This document shows, piece by piece, positions 27,724 through 41,032 of a stretch of DNA of 64,000 nucleotides. The stretch is from Chrysomallon squamiferum (taxonomy: Eukaryota > Animalia > Mollusca): assembly GCA_012295275.1 (NCBI GenBank), contig CM022675.1:15004001-15068000 (forward strand), written 5' to 3'. Position 1 is the first letter of the stretch. Every line of letters starts with the position of its first letter. A program made the translations under genes and the position numbers. Below the pieces are notes generated by a model. It was not told the DNA's origin and ran no database searches. It worked only from the letters and a program-made list of their open reading frames with translations.

Positions 27724-28481
27724 TAATAATAATAATAATAATTAATAATAATAATAATAATATTTCGTAAAATATTTCTGTCGTTTCATTTTTTTTTTTA
27801 TCTTTCTAGAATTTTGTTTGTTTTTTTGTTTGCTTTATTATTATTATTATTATATTTAAAAAAAAAAAAAACTTTATTGTTATTTCTTTTTATACTTTTA
27901 TGGATGCGGGCGTTTGCTTAATTTTAAACATCAATTATGTCTCATTGAAACTGATCATCCGGGTATCACAATAACGTGCATGCTGTAATAAAGCACGTTC
28001 AGCAAACTGGCTGCTGCGGCCGCCTCCCTGCTGAGTTCATTTACATATGATTTATGACGACACAAGTATATGACGACAAAAAGTCAAGTGACGTCGTCTA
28101 TAAATGATGGCGATGCTGTCTTTGTTTATCACCCGCAACAACCTGGCCTTTATTTTTTAAATAAATGATTGTCAAGAGACAAAGACTAAGCACTTGACGC
28201 AATTTGAGACGACTTCGATTGCCATTTTAACTAGGAAAATTATGGTTCGGCTGCCTGTTGGCTCAAGTTTTATTTCATCCTTTATCAGACCACTATTTCC
28301 GTTTTATTTCCCGGCACGCAAACCGGAAGCAACATTTAAACGACGTCACGCCATCTATGAATTCATTTGACATTTCATAAAATGTTTCATTCCGGTACAC
28401 CGATTTCTCTTTTACTGGCGATTGAATTACAAAGTTTTTAAAAACAACAACAATAGAGGACATTCAAAGTCTGTATGTGTG

Positions 28482-28483
<2 letters not shown>

Positions 28484-28560
<77 letters not shown>
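28484..28560. repeat. (GA)n microsatellite
   Basis: Direct reading. Confidence 0.97.
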
Positions 28561-28564
<4 letters not shown>

Positions 28565-30506
28565 TTAATTGACAATGCATTGTGATTTTACCACTGTATA
28601 ATACAACATATTAGATATATTGCTTTCATTTTTTTCTGATAACTGTGGTAAGTTTGTTATTCTGATGAATGTTATATTTGTCACAGCATAGTGTTATATT
28701 GAAACATGTTGTACAATGGTGTCGATTAGCAGTAAACACAGATCATTCTTATTGTGAGATAAAACTTAAATGAAGCTGATCACAACTGAAAGATAAGCCA
28801 TGTTACTAATTATTGTATCTCATGATTGGTTTAAGAATATTACTGTTTCGACAGACACAATAAGTTGATAATTGTTTGTGATAAAAATAAATTCGAGACA
28901 ATCGTTTGACCCTGGAGAATACAGATGATGCGGTCCCAGGTGTGGCTGCCAATATTTGCTGCCATCTCTCCTGTGAAAAACGTGTTCAAGCATACCCAGT
29001 GTGACGCTGCTGTAAACAGTGATCTCGTTTTCTTTGTGACGACTACATGAGACACTTCAACCTTTGAATAACTTTCGACAGCGTTGTCAACGGCACTGAA
29101 TGTCACGTTGTAGAGTTTTGAAGAACGAGCAGAAAATGAGCTAATTTTGGAAGCGGTTACGAGAAAGCTTTGTGATTCGTACAAGACACAGGCGCACTGA
29201 GTCAAGCGGGCCATAACGAGCCCCATATGGTTTGAGTCGGTCTATACAACAGCGTTCAAATGAACACTGCCGTGAAAATCAATTTCCAGACGGGGAAATG
29301 CGAAAGAGAATGAAAATAAAGTTTATGGATAAATTGATTTAACAAGAGTAGCGTAAAAAGCTCTTACGTCTAAATGCGATACAGCTTCATTCTCCTACTT
29401 GTTTTTCACATAAGAGCCCTTAAAAAGGTTTCATCTTTTTTTTTTTTTTTTTTTTTTAAATGTTTTTATTATTATCATTTTTTGAAAGAGAGAAAACATT
29501 TTCATTCTTTAAAAACCTTCAAATAAACAACAAAAAAAAGAACAAAAAAATTAAGACAAGAAAGAAAGCAGAAAAATTGAATAAATTGATTATTAATTAC
29601 ATTTATATAAAGCAATTTAAATAGAACAGTCCTATAAACTTAAATATATTATTTATTGTAATGCTGTTAGAAATAATTTTACGTGTGTTGCTAGTTGTTC
29701 TGTGAAAGCGTCATTGTAATCAGTATCTGTAAATAATGAAAGGTAGACAATGAATGTGATAGTTTTTCTGTACAGAATGCTGGGAAGTTACAGGCAGCTG
29801 GTTCAAATCGCTCGCCGTGCCCAGTGAGCTGCTTCTCTTTACAGTCAGTACCGGCTGTCGTGTGTGTACTATCAGAGTACGTTCTGTTTTATTTTAGTAT
29901 AAATAATTATTGTCATTTAATAAAATATTAATTCTTTCATTCATTCGTTCGTTCATTCATTATTCAGTCCTTAATTCATTCATTCTTTCATTCTTTCGTT
30001 TGCTGTTTCTGTTGTGTATTTAAATTCTGTAGTGTCAAGTTAATATCTTTATTTGACCATTCTTAAATGTAATATAAATAAATACACAATATATATATTT
30101 TCTATTATTAAAATAAAGGAAATTGAACACATAATACATTTATTCTCATCTATATAACAAAGGAAGTATATAAATGGTATATTTATTAATCTAAAGATTG
30201 TTTTTTTATCTCACATTGTATTTTGTTTTCAATAAGAATAAATCCTGAACCAATTTTTTTCCTTAGTCTGCCGCTGGATATTTCCTGGTAATTCGTTCTT
30301 CACCAAATTATTATTCAGAATTCTGATCGTCCAATGTTGTTGCTTAGTAACAAGTGAAAGTAGTAATTTGTGAGAGGAGGAAAATTACATGGTAAGAAAA
30401 TGTGAGTTCGATTTCTCTGTCGCTTCATTAGACGTTTTCCATTCTCAGACCATCCTCCAAACACAGTCCGTCAATGTAACCTCTTCTAAAACACGATAAC
30501 CATAAA

Positions 30507-30510
<4 letters not shown>

Positions 30511-30600
<90 letters not shown>

Positions 30601-30621
30601 CCTCCCTCCCTCCCTCTCTCT
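30511..30621. repeat. (TC)n / (CCCT)n microsatellite
   Basis: Direct reading. Confidence 0.97.
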
Positions 30622-30756
30622 CACACCCAGTCATACACACACATACAAACGTTACAAATTCCTTGATATATTTTTATCTTTTCTTTTACAACAACAATAT
30701 TAATTATTATATTGATTATGATGATGATGATGATGATGATGATGATAATGATAATA

Positions 30757-30825
<69 letters not shown>

Positions 30826-32788
30826 TTTTCTTTGTTTAGGATAGTATGAAAGTATAGACACATTTTATAATCAGATTTATTTCTTCTTCTTCTTCTTCTT
30901 ATTATTATTATACTAAAGATTAAAAGTGGTACTAAATAACACTAAAATAATAACGTGAAAAAATAATAAAATGAAAAAGAAAGAATTAAAAACAATTATT
31001 CAGCGGCACTTAGTGTTTAACCAGCTTGATCATATTAAGTTAATAAAGATCAATTATTAGTGTAATACCGTCAATTACATGTTGATACTTTCACAAGAAA
31101 TTGGACGTTGATGAATGGAAAGTCAAGATGTGTCACGAGCTGGCGCGTGCCGGTCTCGCGCACGTTTCACTAGCACAGCCGCATCTCTGGCATGACATCT
31201 AAATTTTACTTTAAACAAGATTTATTTAACATCTCAGAAACCGAAACTAACATCACGTCTTTAGATTGATATAATCCTTTATTACTTCAGTTTGTGTCAT
31301 TCTTTTTAAAACATTTTTTTTTTTACTTTATTTTATTAATTTTTTTTTTTTTTAAGTTCTGTTTCAGGACTCAAGGCAAAAAATATTGAGAGATGAAAAA
31401 AAAAGGCGTGTCTTATTTCGACATCTCATTAGCAAAGTTTGTCTTTACAAGTGATTGACAGACTTAATTAATATCTGAGTCACCTCACTGCGAACAATAC
31501 AGGCCTAATTACTATTTTAAACAATCCTGTTTCGATAAATAAACATGCTAAATATTACTAAAATGTATGATTAATAGCTAACAGGGAATGATAAATATTA
31601 TCACGAATAACTGTATATGATTAACTATTACTAACGATATGATGTTATTTAAATATATGATTTTTCATTAATATGAAGATATCAGATATTAATATAATAT
31701 GTAAATATTAAGAAACAAATGATATACTTTATTGGCTATTAATGATATCATATTAATTTAAAATATATGATCTCTTATAATGCTTTAATTATTTTGATTG
31801 TTTGCTTCCGGTATATATAAAAATTATAAAGAATATATGAAAATGCTTTCAAACCTTTCATTCGTTTTTAAAAAAAAAAAAAATCATAAAATTATAAACA
31901 TAATGCGTTTGATACGAGAAAAAGGAAGACTAAATAAACATTTGATTTTTAATATTTTTAATATTTCATAGCATTTTCACACACACACATTTCACCGAAT
32001 TCATAGTTTGGTCCCAGCTATTGACAAATCATTTTTGTTTGATCTAATTAGAGAAACACAGTGAGAAAATTGTTGTATATAAGTTAGAAGGTTTGTGGAG
32101 GGCGTGTTGACAGGTGATTATTTATCAGACACAATTCAGGTTTCCGTGTCACTTTACAATAAATCTGTAAAAATCTTAGAACTTTTCTGCTTTGAGTTTG
32201 GGAATATTTAAAGTCGAGAGAGAGTCGCGTGGTAATAATGACGACTTCAATTGACGGCAGTTTATCGTGCGATCAGCGGCAACTCAGTCATGACAATAGC
32301 CCCAGCACGCTACACATTGCTGACATTTTTCACAATTGCACCTGAAAGAGAAACGTGTTTGATGTTCTGCGACACCAGAATTTATCTCATCTCACTATCT
32401 GCAGACATCGCACGCATAACGATCGTACGGACGTAACAAAAGACGACAGCACGATATAAAGAAACTGAAACGATAAAGTATTCAACGGGTAAAGCTCCGC
32501 TGGTACACACTAAGTGTCGCTTTACTAGTTGTATCGCCAGCATCAGTGGCAGCAATTGCTAGTCATTGATATCATGCACCATCCTTGAAACCATCTTAAT
32601 ATAATCATTTACATTTTACTTCAAACCGCACTGATACAGGGTTTGTTTACTACTACTGCTAGTACTATTAACACTACTGTCACTACTAATTAAACTAGTA
32701 CCACTGTTACTTCATCTATCTGTAGTATAACTACTTCTATTACTGTTATGCTACTGCTGCTTTTGCTAGCTGCTGCTACTACTACTAT

Positions 32789-32837
<49 letters not shown>

Positions 32838-35800
32838 GCTATCGTAACTACCTCAGTAGGAAACAATAGCAGTAACAATAATATCAATTTTAGTAGTAGT
32901 AATAGTTAGAAACTTTTGAAACAAATTTGTATTTCTTTTTTATTCTTCGTTCAGCTGAATCATCATCGTGCTAATGAGATATACATAGCTAATACAAAAC
33001 GTCACCTGTATAAATATCCAATTAATTTACCACCACTTAACAAAGGTGTGTTGTTAATTTACTGCCATCTTGCTCCAAACGATCTTTATTACACCATCGA
33101 AAATCACCGTGAAGAGCACTCAACTGAGAAATATTTAGAACTTTGATTCTTAATAAGCCTTGGGCCTTTCTCTTCAATTGGCGGTCTCGGATTCAAAGCG
33201 TGGCAATTATTTTACCATTATTCCAAGAAAAAAGCGAGAGTGGAACCGTAGACAGGAAATCCCATTCTGTGCCGGAAATGGAACAAGGGAGCTAATTACA
33301 AAGCCGACTAGCTGTCTTTCCTTTGACGTTGAAAAGTACACGAGGACGATTTCCCTCCATTCAAAATGTGCGCCAGTGCCCGTCACATTTTACTTCCTTT
33401 GCCGCATGAGGGTTTTGCATCTCTGACTAAAGCGCATGTTATTCCACAACAATTACACGCAAATTTAAAGCTGCCTGGCCAGCAGAAAGAACAAATCCAT
33501 CCACTGACTTCATTATTTGCCATTTAACTACGGTCTTTGATAGCACACTTCCTTGAAAATTGCCTCTTATTAGAGATACAAAATTGCAATGTTTAGTTCT
33601 CGCTGTCAGGCAGCGCGTGGGTTTTCCCGGTCACTCTATTTAAGTCTTGCTTTCAGAAAGATTTATTCAGTGGCACCAGCTTCTGCATCAAATCAAAATA
33701 ATAACAAAATTAAATATTCATATTTAGAAATAATATCAGTTTATTATGAGTAAAAAAATATATATATATAAAAAAATAAATAAATAAACAAATTAGTAAA
33801 TAAATAAAGAAAAAAAGAAAGGAAAAGAAAAGAAAAAAAAGAATTAAATAAGAAATAGAAATCAAAGAAAAATCGTCTAATCGTAAATGAAAATACCGTG
33901 TAACACAGCGCGTTGCGAAATACAATTACTTTTGAATGAACTAATTGTTAAACACATACAGTTTTTAAATGAAGAAATAAAGCCCTGAATCAAAAAACTG
34001 TTTCCAGGGATATAATATTATGACATAAAAAAAAAATAATAATAATAAAAATTGAACAATGCAATGCTTTTTTTTTTTGGTCTAAATTAGTATTTCATGC
34101 TAGATAAAGTAGAACAGATGAACTGTTTTTGGTAACTGTGAAATAAAAATAAATAGATTCGAATTTTTATCTTCTGTATTATTTGTTTCAGATTAAGAAA
34201 ATAAATGTTTATTTAAAACTCTGTTAACATCAACGATTACTAGGTTATGGAATTTGCAGAAATATAAAATAATATTATAATAATAATAATAATAATAATA
34301 TTAATAATATAGATAGTTAGATAGATAGATATACACACACATTTGTATGCATGTATATATGTATATGCTTATGTGTAGTTTAGAGCTGAAAGATTTATTT
34401 CATGTCTGCATTGTTTTAGAAACAACCAAATATCTGGAAAAGATTTCCAGGTAAATAATATTACATATCAAACTGATTCAATGTTTTATTCTTGTATTTA
34501 ATACTGCTCTCGGCTACATGCGAGACCAAAGGGATTTTCGTGTTGATTAGACAAGAATGTTAGTCGCCTTCTGATCAAGTGAAGACCCTCTAGGGTGGAC
34601 ACAAAGAGACTGTGTTTTGGAGGAATGGTTTTTGAAGAATGTAAGTGTTGTAAGTACGGTTATTTCCTCACAGCTTCTCGCCGAGACGTGAAGAGGATTT
34701 AAACACCTCGACTGGATCAACGCGAGGATCAAACGCAGGTCAAACACTAAGAGAAAGAACGTTGGTCAAGTTGCACACATAGCTTTTGTGTCGTCAACGC
34801 CAACGTTGTTCAGATCTTCAACACAGCTTCCTTCTCCACATTCTGAGATACTGAACAAATAAGTAACAGTTTTAAAAATATTGATTTTTTTGTTTTTCTT
34901 TTAGATGAATAAGGACACTAAAAATATCTTTACGCAAAATATTTTCTCTAAATATTTCTTTAATGTTATAATATAAACAATATTACATCACTCTTCGTTT
35001 TAGAAATTTTGAGGCCAATGTAGAAAAAATTAACTCGTATTTATAATTTTTTCATCAAATTAAAAAATGTTTATTTATTTATTTATTTACTTATTTATTT
35101 ATTTTATTAATTTAATTTAATTTATTTTTCTCATTATTGAAGCCTTTGTATGCTCTATATATAATCTATATTATTATTATTATGTGCATTATAAATTAAT
35201 TTAAGAAAGAAGAAATAAAAATAATTATTTTATATTTATTTATTTTTAAAATCTTCAGAAAGCAGACGGTGCCACGTGCCATAGTCAGTTTATATCTGAA
35301 AGAAGCGATTATTTGTTTCTATTATACTTCTCTAGAATAAACGTTGGATCTATTTTTGAAATACACATTCGTATAAATAAATATACAGGTACGTTAAAAA
35401 ACAGATATATCTGAATTATCTCACTTTCTTTGGTACATTTTTAAATATATATAGGTATTAACTACCTTTCTCAACTAATTTTATTTGAAGGTGTTTGCTG
35501 TGTATCTGAGTCAGACATTTTAATTAAAATTATTTTTTTGTTCTCTATCACTGAAACACGTTTCTAATTCTCGCTTACCTTAAAAAAAAGAAAGACAGCC
35601 AAACAGTTAAATATTTTCTGTAATTTTATATGCTTTTAGTCTGATTATATTATGATTTGTCTATCAGTACTTAGTTTTAACCCTAGACTCGCTATGAATA
35701 AAATATCAACATTTCGTTCTCCCAACGACTGGCCTGTGCTCTATTCGTTACTGGGGTATAGTATCGGCACCGTGCTTTGAAAAAACAACTGTGTTCCACC

Positions 35801-36556
35801 TGAATTAGCCAGCCAACACTAATCCCTGATGCTATCTGACCTAACTCCGCGCCAGTAAAATTAGCCGTTTTATCTTCTTACTTTAAAGGTTTTAAATTTT
35901 GATTTACGTTCTTCTAGGCTCAGGGAGGACATGTTCAGTACATATGATACGTTTATTTCATTCTTACCTTTGAGCGTTGTGCGATACTTTATTGAAATTG
36001 TCCATGATTTATTGTTTCTTTCGTTGCTTTTCCTTCTTTTAACGCAGTATGTTTTCTGTTGCACTCACCCGAAAACAGGACTAGTGTCGTCCCACACCGT
36101 CGGAAATTTACGGCGCCCTTCCCTCTAATTACAAGTACTGTTTTCGTGTTGAAGTCGGAAGAGGATAGACTTCAAATGGGGTAATATCGTGACAAGGTCT
36201 CCAATACAAAGGACTTTTTGGTGTTAAAGGTCCTGGAGTACGCATCTTGAATACCAGTACTACGTAACAGTCGTTGAAATATGTGTAGCAAACACACTTG
36301 TGTCATGAATTGCTGTGTTAACAATCAACATCAATGAAATTTAGGAAATTTTCTCATTGCATATTCACACATTAACCTTTTCATCTATCAATCAGTCAGT
36401 ACGAATATGTGTGTTTTTATGTGCGTTTGTCGATATGTGTATATACACAGATATATCAAAGTATGTAAGTAGGCATGAAAATATATCTACATATATAGGC
36501 TACGTAATTATGTATGTATACGCATATATAAATGTATATGTATATGTATAAGTATG

Positions 36557-36596
<40 letters not shown>

Positions 36597-36854
36597 TACT
36601 TATATATATATGTAAATATATATATATACATACTTATATATATACATGTATGTAAATGTATAATTATGTATATGTATAACATATAGGTACAGTATACGTG
36701 TGTGTTCGTACGTAAGAGGGTGTTTGTGTGTGTGTGTGTGTGTGTGTACATGTGTATTCATGTGTTCAGGCCCTGGGAAGCTTCCAGGATTCAATTCGAA
36801 ATTGTAGAGACAATCGGAAAAAGAGAAAAACCTACCTGGACAACGCTTCTCATT

Positions 36855-36917
<63 letters not shown>

Positions 36918-37432
36918 TAAAGAGTACAAAAATGAAATAAAATAAATCAATTAATTAAGGCCCGCTGCCCCCAAACAAAGAACCTTTCTCCCCCCCAAAA
37001 CCCTCAGATTTTAAAAATAAAATTCGTAATATCTATTAATCAAACAACATTTTTATGATATATATATATATATAGTTTGTTGATCAATTGCTTATTCTCC
37101 AAGGTTTTATCGAAAATTGAGATTCGCAGTGCTGTAGTATGTGTATTCGTCTGTATGTTTGTATGTTAGTAAGTAAATATGTATATGCGTGAGTGTGTGT
37201 GTGTGTGAGTGTGTGTGTGTGTGTGTGAGTGTGTGTGTGTGTGTGAGTTGCATTTTTACGTGCTATTTTCTAAAATGATAATTGGAAAAATAAATTTCAG
37301 TTTGTAATAATAATATAATATAAAGATGACATCTATTTGAAATAAATTGATAATCTCATTATTTGTTTGCTCATTTTAATTTTTGCTAGCAAAACAAAAA
37401 TATAAATCTAAATAAAACAATAAATAAATAAT

Positions 37433-37465
<33 letters not shown>

Positions 37466-37742
37466 AATAATAATAATAATAATTATTATTATTATTATTA
37501 TTAACATAACTAATTATACATAGTAAACCAATAAAATTAAACTAAACTAACAAAACTCACTATACTAAAAAAAAACCAGACAATTAACTTGACTAAGCTA
37601 GATTAAACAAGTAGCTAAATAAATAAATAAATTAATAAATGTTTCTGACTTTGAGCAGTACAGATTAAATCACGAATTTCAGATCTGTAATTGTTTCTAA
37701 AGAATAACTATAAAATAATTTTTTCTATTAAAAGTTTTTATA

Positions 37743-37800
<58 letters not shown>

Positions 37801-37943
37801 GTCGTTGTTGTTGTTGGCGTTCTTGTCGCTGTTTTTTTATATTTCTTACTAACAGAGAATTTATGAAATTAGTTTTTATGCCCATTATGTACATTTTAAG
37901 ATTTTGTGACAGAAAATGGTGAAAAATATCAATACTATTGCAG

Positions 37944-37987
<44 letters not shown>

Positions 37988-39300
37988 GTATATTTGGAAT
38001 ATTAAAGATATAAATAGTAATTACACAAGACATTTTTAACAAAATTATACTCTTTTTCTTGTTTCATTCATATGGACTATATGAAAATGAAAATTCGGGA
38101 CTAAATTTATTATTATTATTACTATAATTATTCATATTCATATTTTTCATTTTTTATTATTATTATTATTATTATTGTTATTACTGCTAATGTTGTTTTT
38201 GTTATTGTTTTTGTTAATTAATATATTATGATATTTTTGTGGGTTTTTTCTCAGTAAGATTTGTTATTGTGTTTCTGAAATGATGACATATTTTCAGGTA
38301 ACAGATTGGGGTGTTGGTAAAACATATGATGTGGTTTTCACCGACAGACATCAAAGACGCCGCCTTCCAGGTGTAACTTTACACTAAAAATGTTTGATTA
38401 GTCTTCAGCAACTGCTAACCTAGCAGTCAGTGTATTTGCATGGTAAATCTAGATTTCTGTCAAAGATGACAGCGTTCTTTTTCAATCCACTCACGGGACA
38501 GAGATGTTTGTGGACACGTTAGCTGTCAGACGACCAGAGAACTGAGAGACACAAACAGATACAATAACGATTACAAAACAAATCTCACACAATCCAGCCT
38601 AAAGTAGCGACATTCACGACATAAGGCCACTCTGGTTTATAAGTAATCTTTCTTCCAAAACGTCAACCTTTTTTTCTTGATGTATTGTTTTGCCGAGCCA
38701 GAAAAACTGCGCTGTCAATCACACAGGCTGTGATGAAACTAAGCTGCCCCAACTCATCCAGCTTCAATAAACAAACACGTCCTTTACAAGGGCAGTAACT
38801 GTGAAGTAGACACACACATAACGTGTATATAGAAATGTAGTCTCTGGACAACAACCGCAATAATTCAAACCCTAAGTACAATGTTATTCAGGAAGTGTAA
38901 GTATCTACGGGAGATAACTCAGTGACAGATTCAGTTAAAAAAACTATTGAGTAACTTTGTACAGGTAAAAACGGGCATTGAGAATATCACTTTCTTGTCG
39001 TATTTCTTCTACTGCCATGTTCACAAGACTAAACGATGCCCGTCACGTATGATGTTAAGATTTTACACGGAACAATGAAATATAGCTTCACCTGGATGAC
39101 GTGAAAATCCAGCTGTGAAATCACTATTCTGTTATGTTAAATAACCACACTTTTGCTGTCATCTCAGGTAAAGTTTGTAAAAATTAACTTTGCTTCAGTT
39201 GTACTATATATCCACAAACTGTAAATTAAATAATAATAATAATAGTAAAAATAATAATAATAATAATAACAACAACAACTCAATAAATAAAATAAAGTAA

Positions 39301-39364
<64 letters not shown>

Positions 39365-40981
39365 TTAATAATAATAATAATATTTAACGGAATCACAAGA
39401 TAAATAACAATCTGAAACTGTAGCCGTGACATTTATGTGCAGTAATATGTAATTTAGAATAATTTATGCTGTTCGGCTTTAGCTCTATTACGTGTATTTC
39501 TAAAGATGTAAACACCATAGGTCACTGACATCGTTCAGTTTCGTAAACATTAATTAATATAACAGTTTTTTTCATGGCTTGACGTTAAACCTTCCCCGAT
39601 TTTTTAAATCCGCCGACAAATTTAAACAACAGCAACAACAACAACAACAACAACAACAATAATAATAATAATAATAATAATAACAACAACAACAGCAACA
39701 GCAACAGTAACAATAAGAATAATAAATAGGAATAGCAATCAATGAAGATGAAATTTCTGATTTTACGTCTGTCAGAATTAAGTGACTGAAAAAACGTTTG
39801 TTTGTAACTGAAGAAATCTCACTGTAATATCAAACATTTCACGAACTTGGAGTAGAGTCAGAATACATATATAGCCCTCTCAAGTTAAACAGTTATATAA
39901 ATGGTAAATTAAAAATATGTAAAATATTAATCCTGTTTTTAAAATTAAAAAAAACAAAAACAAAAAAACAACAACAACAACAAACAAACAATCTTTGTAC
40001 ATAGATCAAAATATATTTCCACTTTTGACTAATTAATGAACAAAATGACATTATTTGTAAAGACATTATGATAAAATGTTTTAATTTGAAACTACAAATA
40101 AATTTGACTTTAATACTTACTTTTTAACCCCAAGTGTCACTGTATGTTTTATGTGGTTTGTTTGTAAATGTTTGAGTACGTGAGCACTTTTCTGTATGCG
40201 TACATATAAAATTATACAAACACCTGAAAAATTCTTCTTGACATTACAAACACCAGCAGCAATAACTACAACAAAAGCAACAATATAAATATGTTATTAA
40301 CAATCATTTGATTTTTAAATGTTTTTGTCAGTGACTAAAAGTAACACAAACCTTGGTTTTGTAAATCGACAAATAAATATTATTGACTTGAAAGAAACAA
40401 TTAGTTTCAGCTTTAAAGGAAAAGTGTCAAAAGTAACCCACTTAATGTAGTTTACCACGCTTTCTGCTTTATCAAAACATGGCGGATGTACACGAAAATT
40501 TCTCATTAATTTAAGTTGGGACCTCCGGAAGTTGCCACCCGATACGGCTGCGGAATGGAGTTGGAAACATTGAAAACAACAGCTACAGCGCTCAGGTAAG
40601 TGAAGCCATGCTTGACTACGTTCACTTCAAAGGTGACAGGAAAACGCTTAATTGGGTGCCAGCCTATCTGTTAAGCAAAATAAAACGTAGGAAATCGGCC
40701 CATGCATGCAAACCATGCCCACGTTCCACAGAAGGCAAAGCTTTCCAGACTTAAACGTCAGCGTTTCGCAATCAGTTGTTGTTGTTAGCTTTCTATGTCC
40801 AACGAAGCGTCTAAATAATGCTTTTTTTCTTGTTTTTTTTATTATTATTATACTGTTTTTCTTTTCGCCGTGTTTGAAAACGGATCGAAATTCTGTTATT
40901 GATGGGTTTTACGACATGCGTCGCCAACGCAGATTTTTCTACATTTCCTTTTAATTCTGTCCGCTTAATCGAATTTTGCCA

Positions 40982-41032
<51 letters not shown>

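Noticed and set aside
38298-38401. Possible exon after TTTTCAG (VTDWGVGKTYDVVFTDRHQRRRLP...)
   Set aside because: Short, no recognisable family and no phase-compatible partner exons found.
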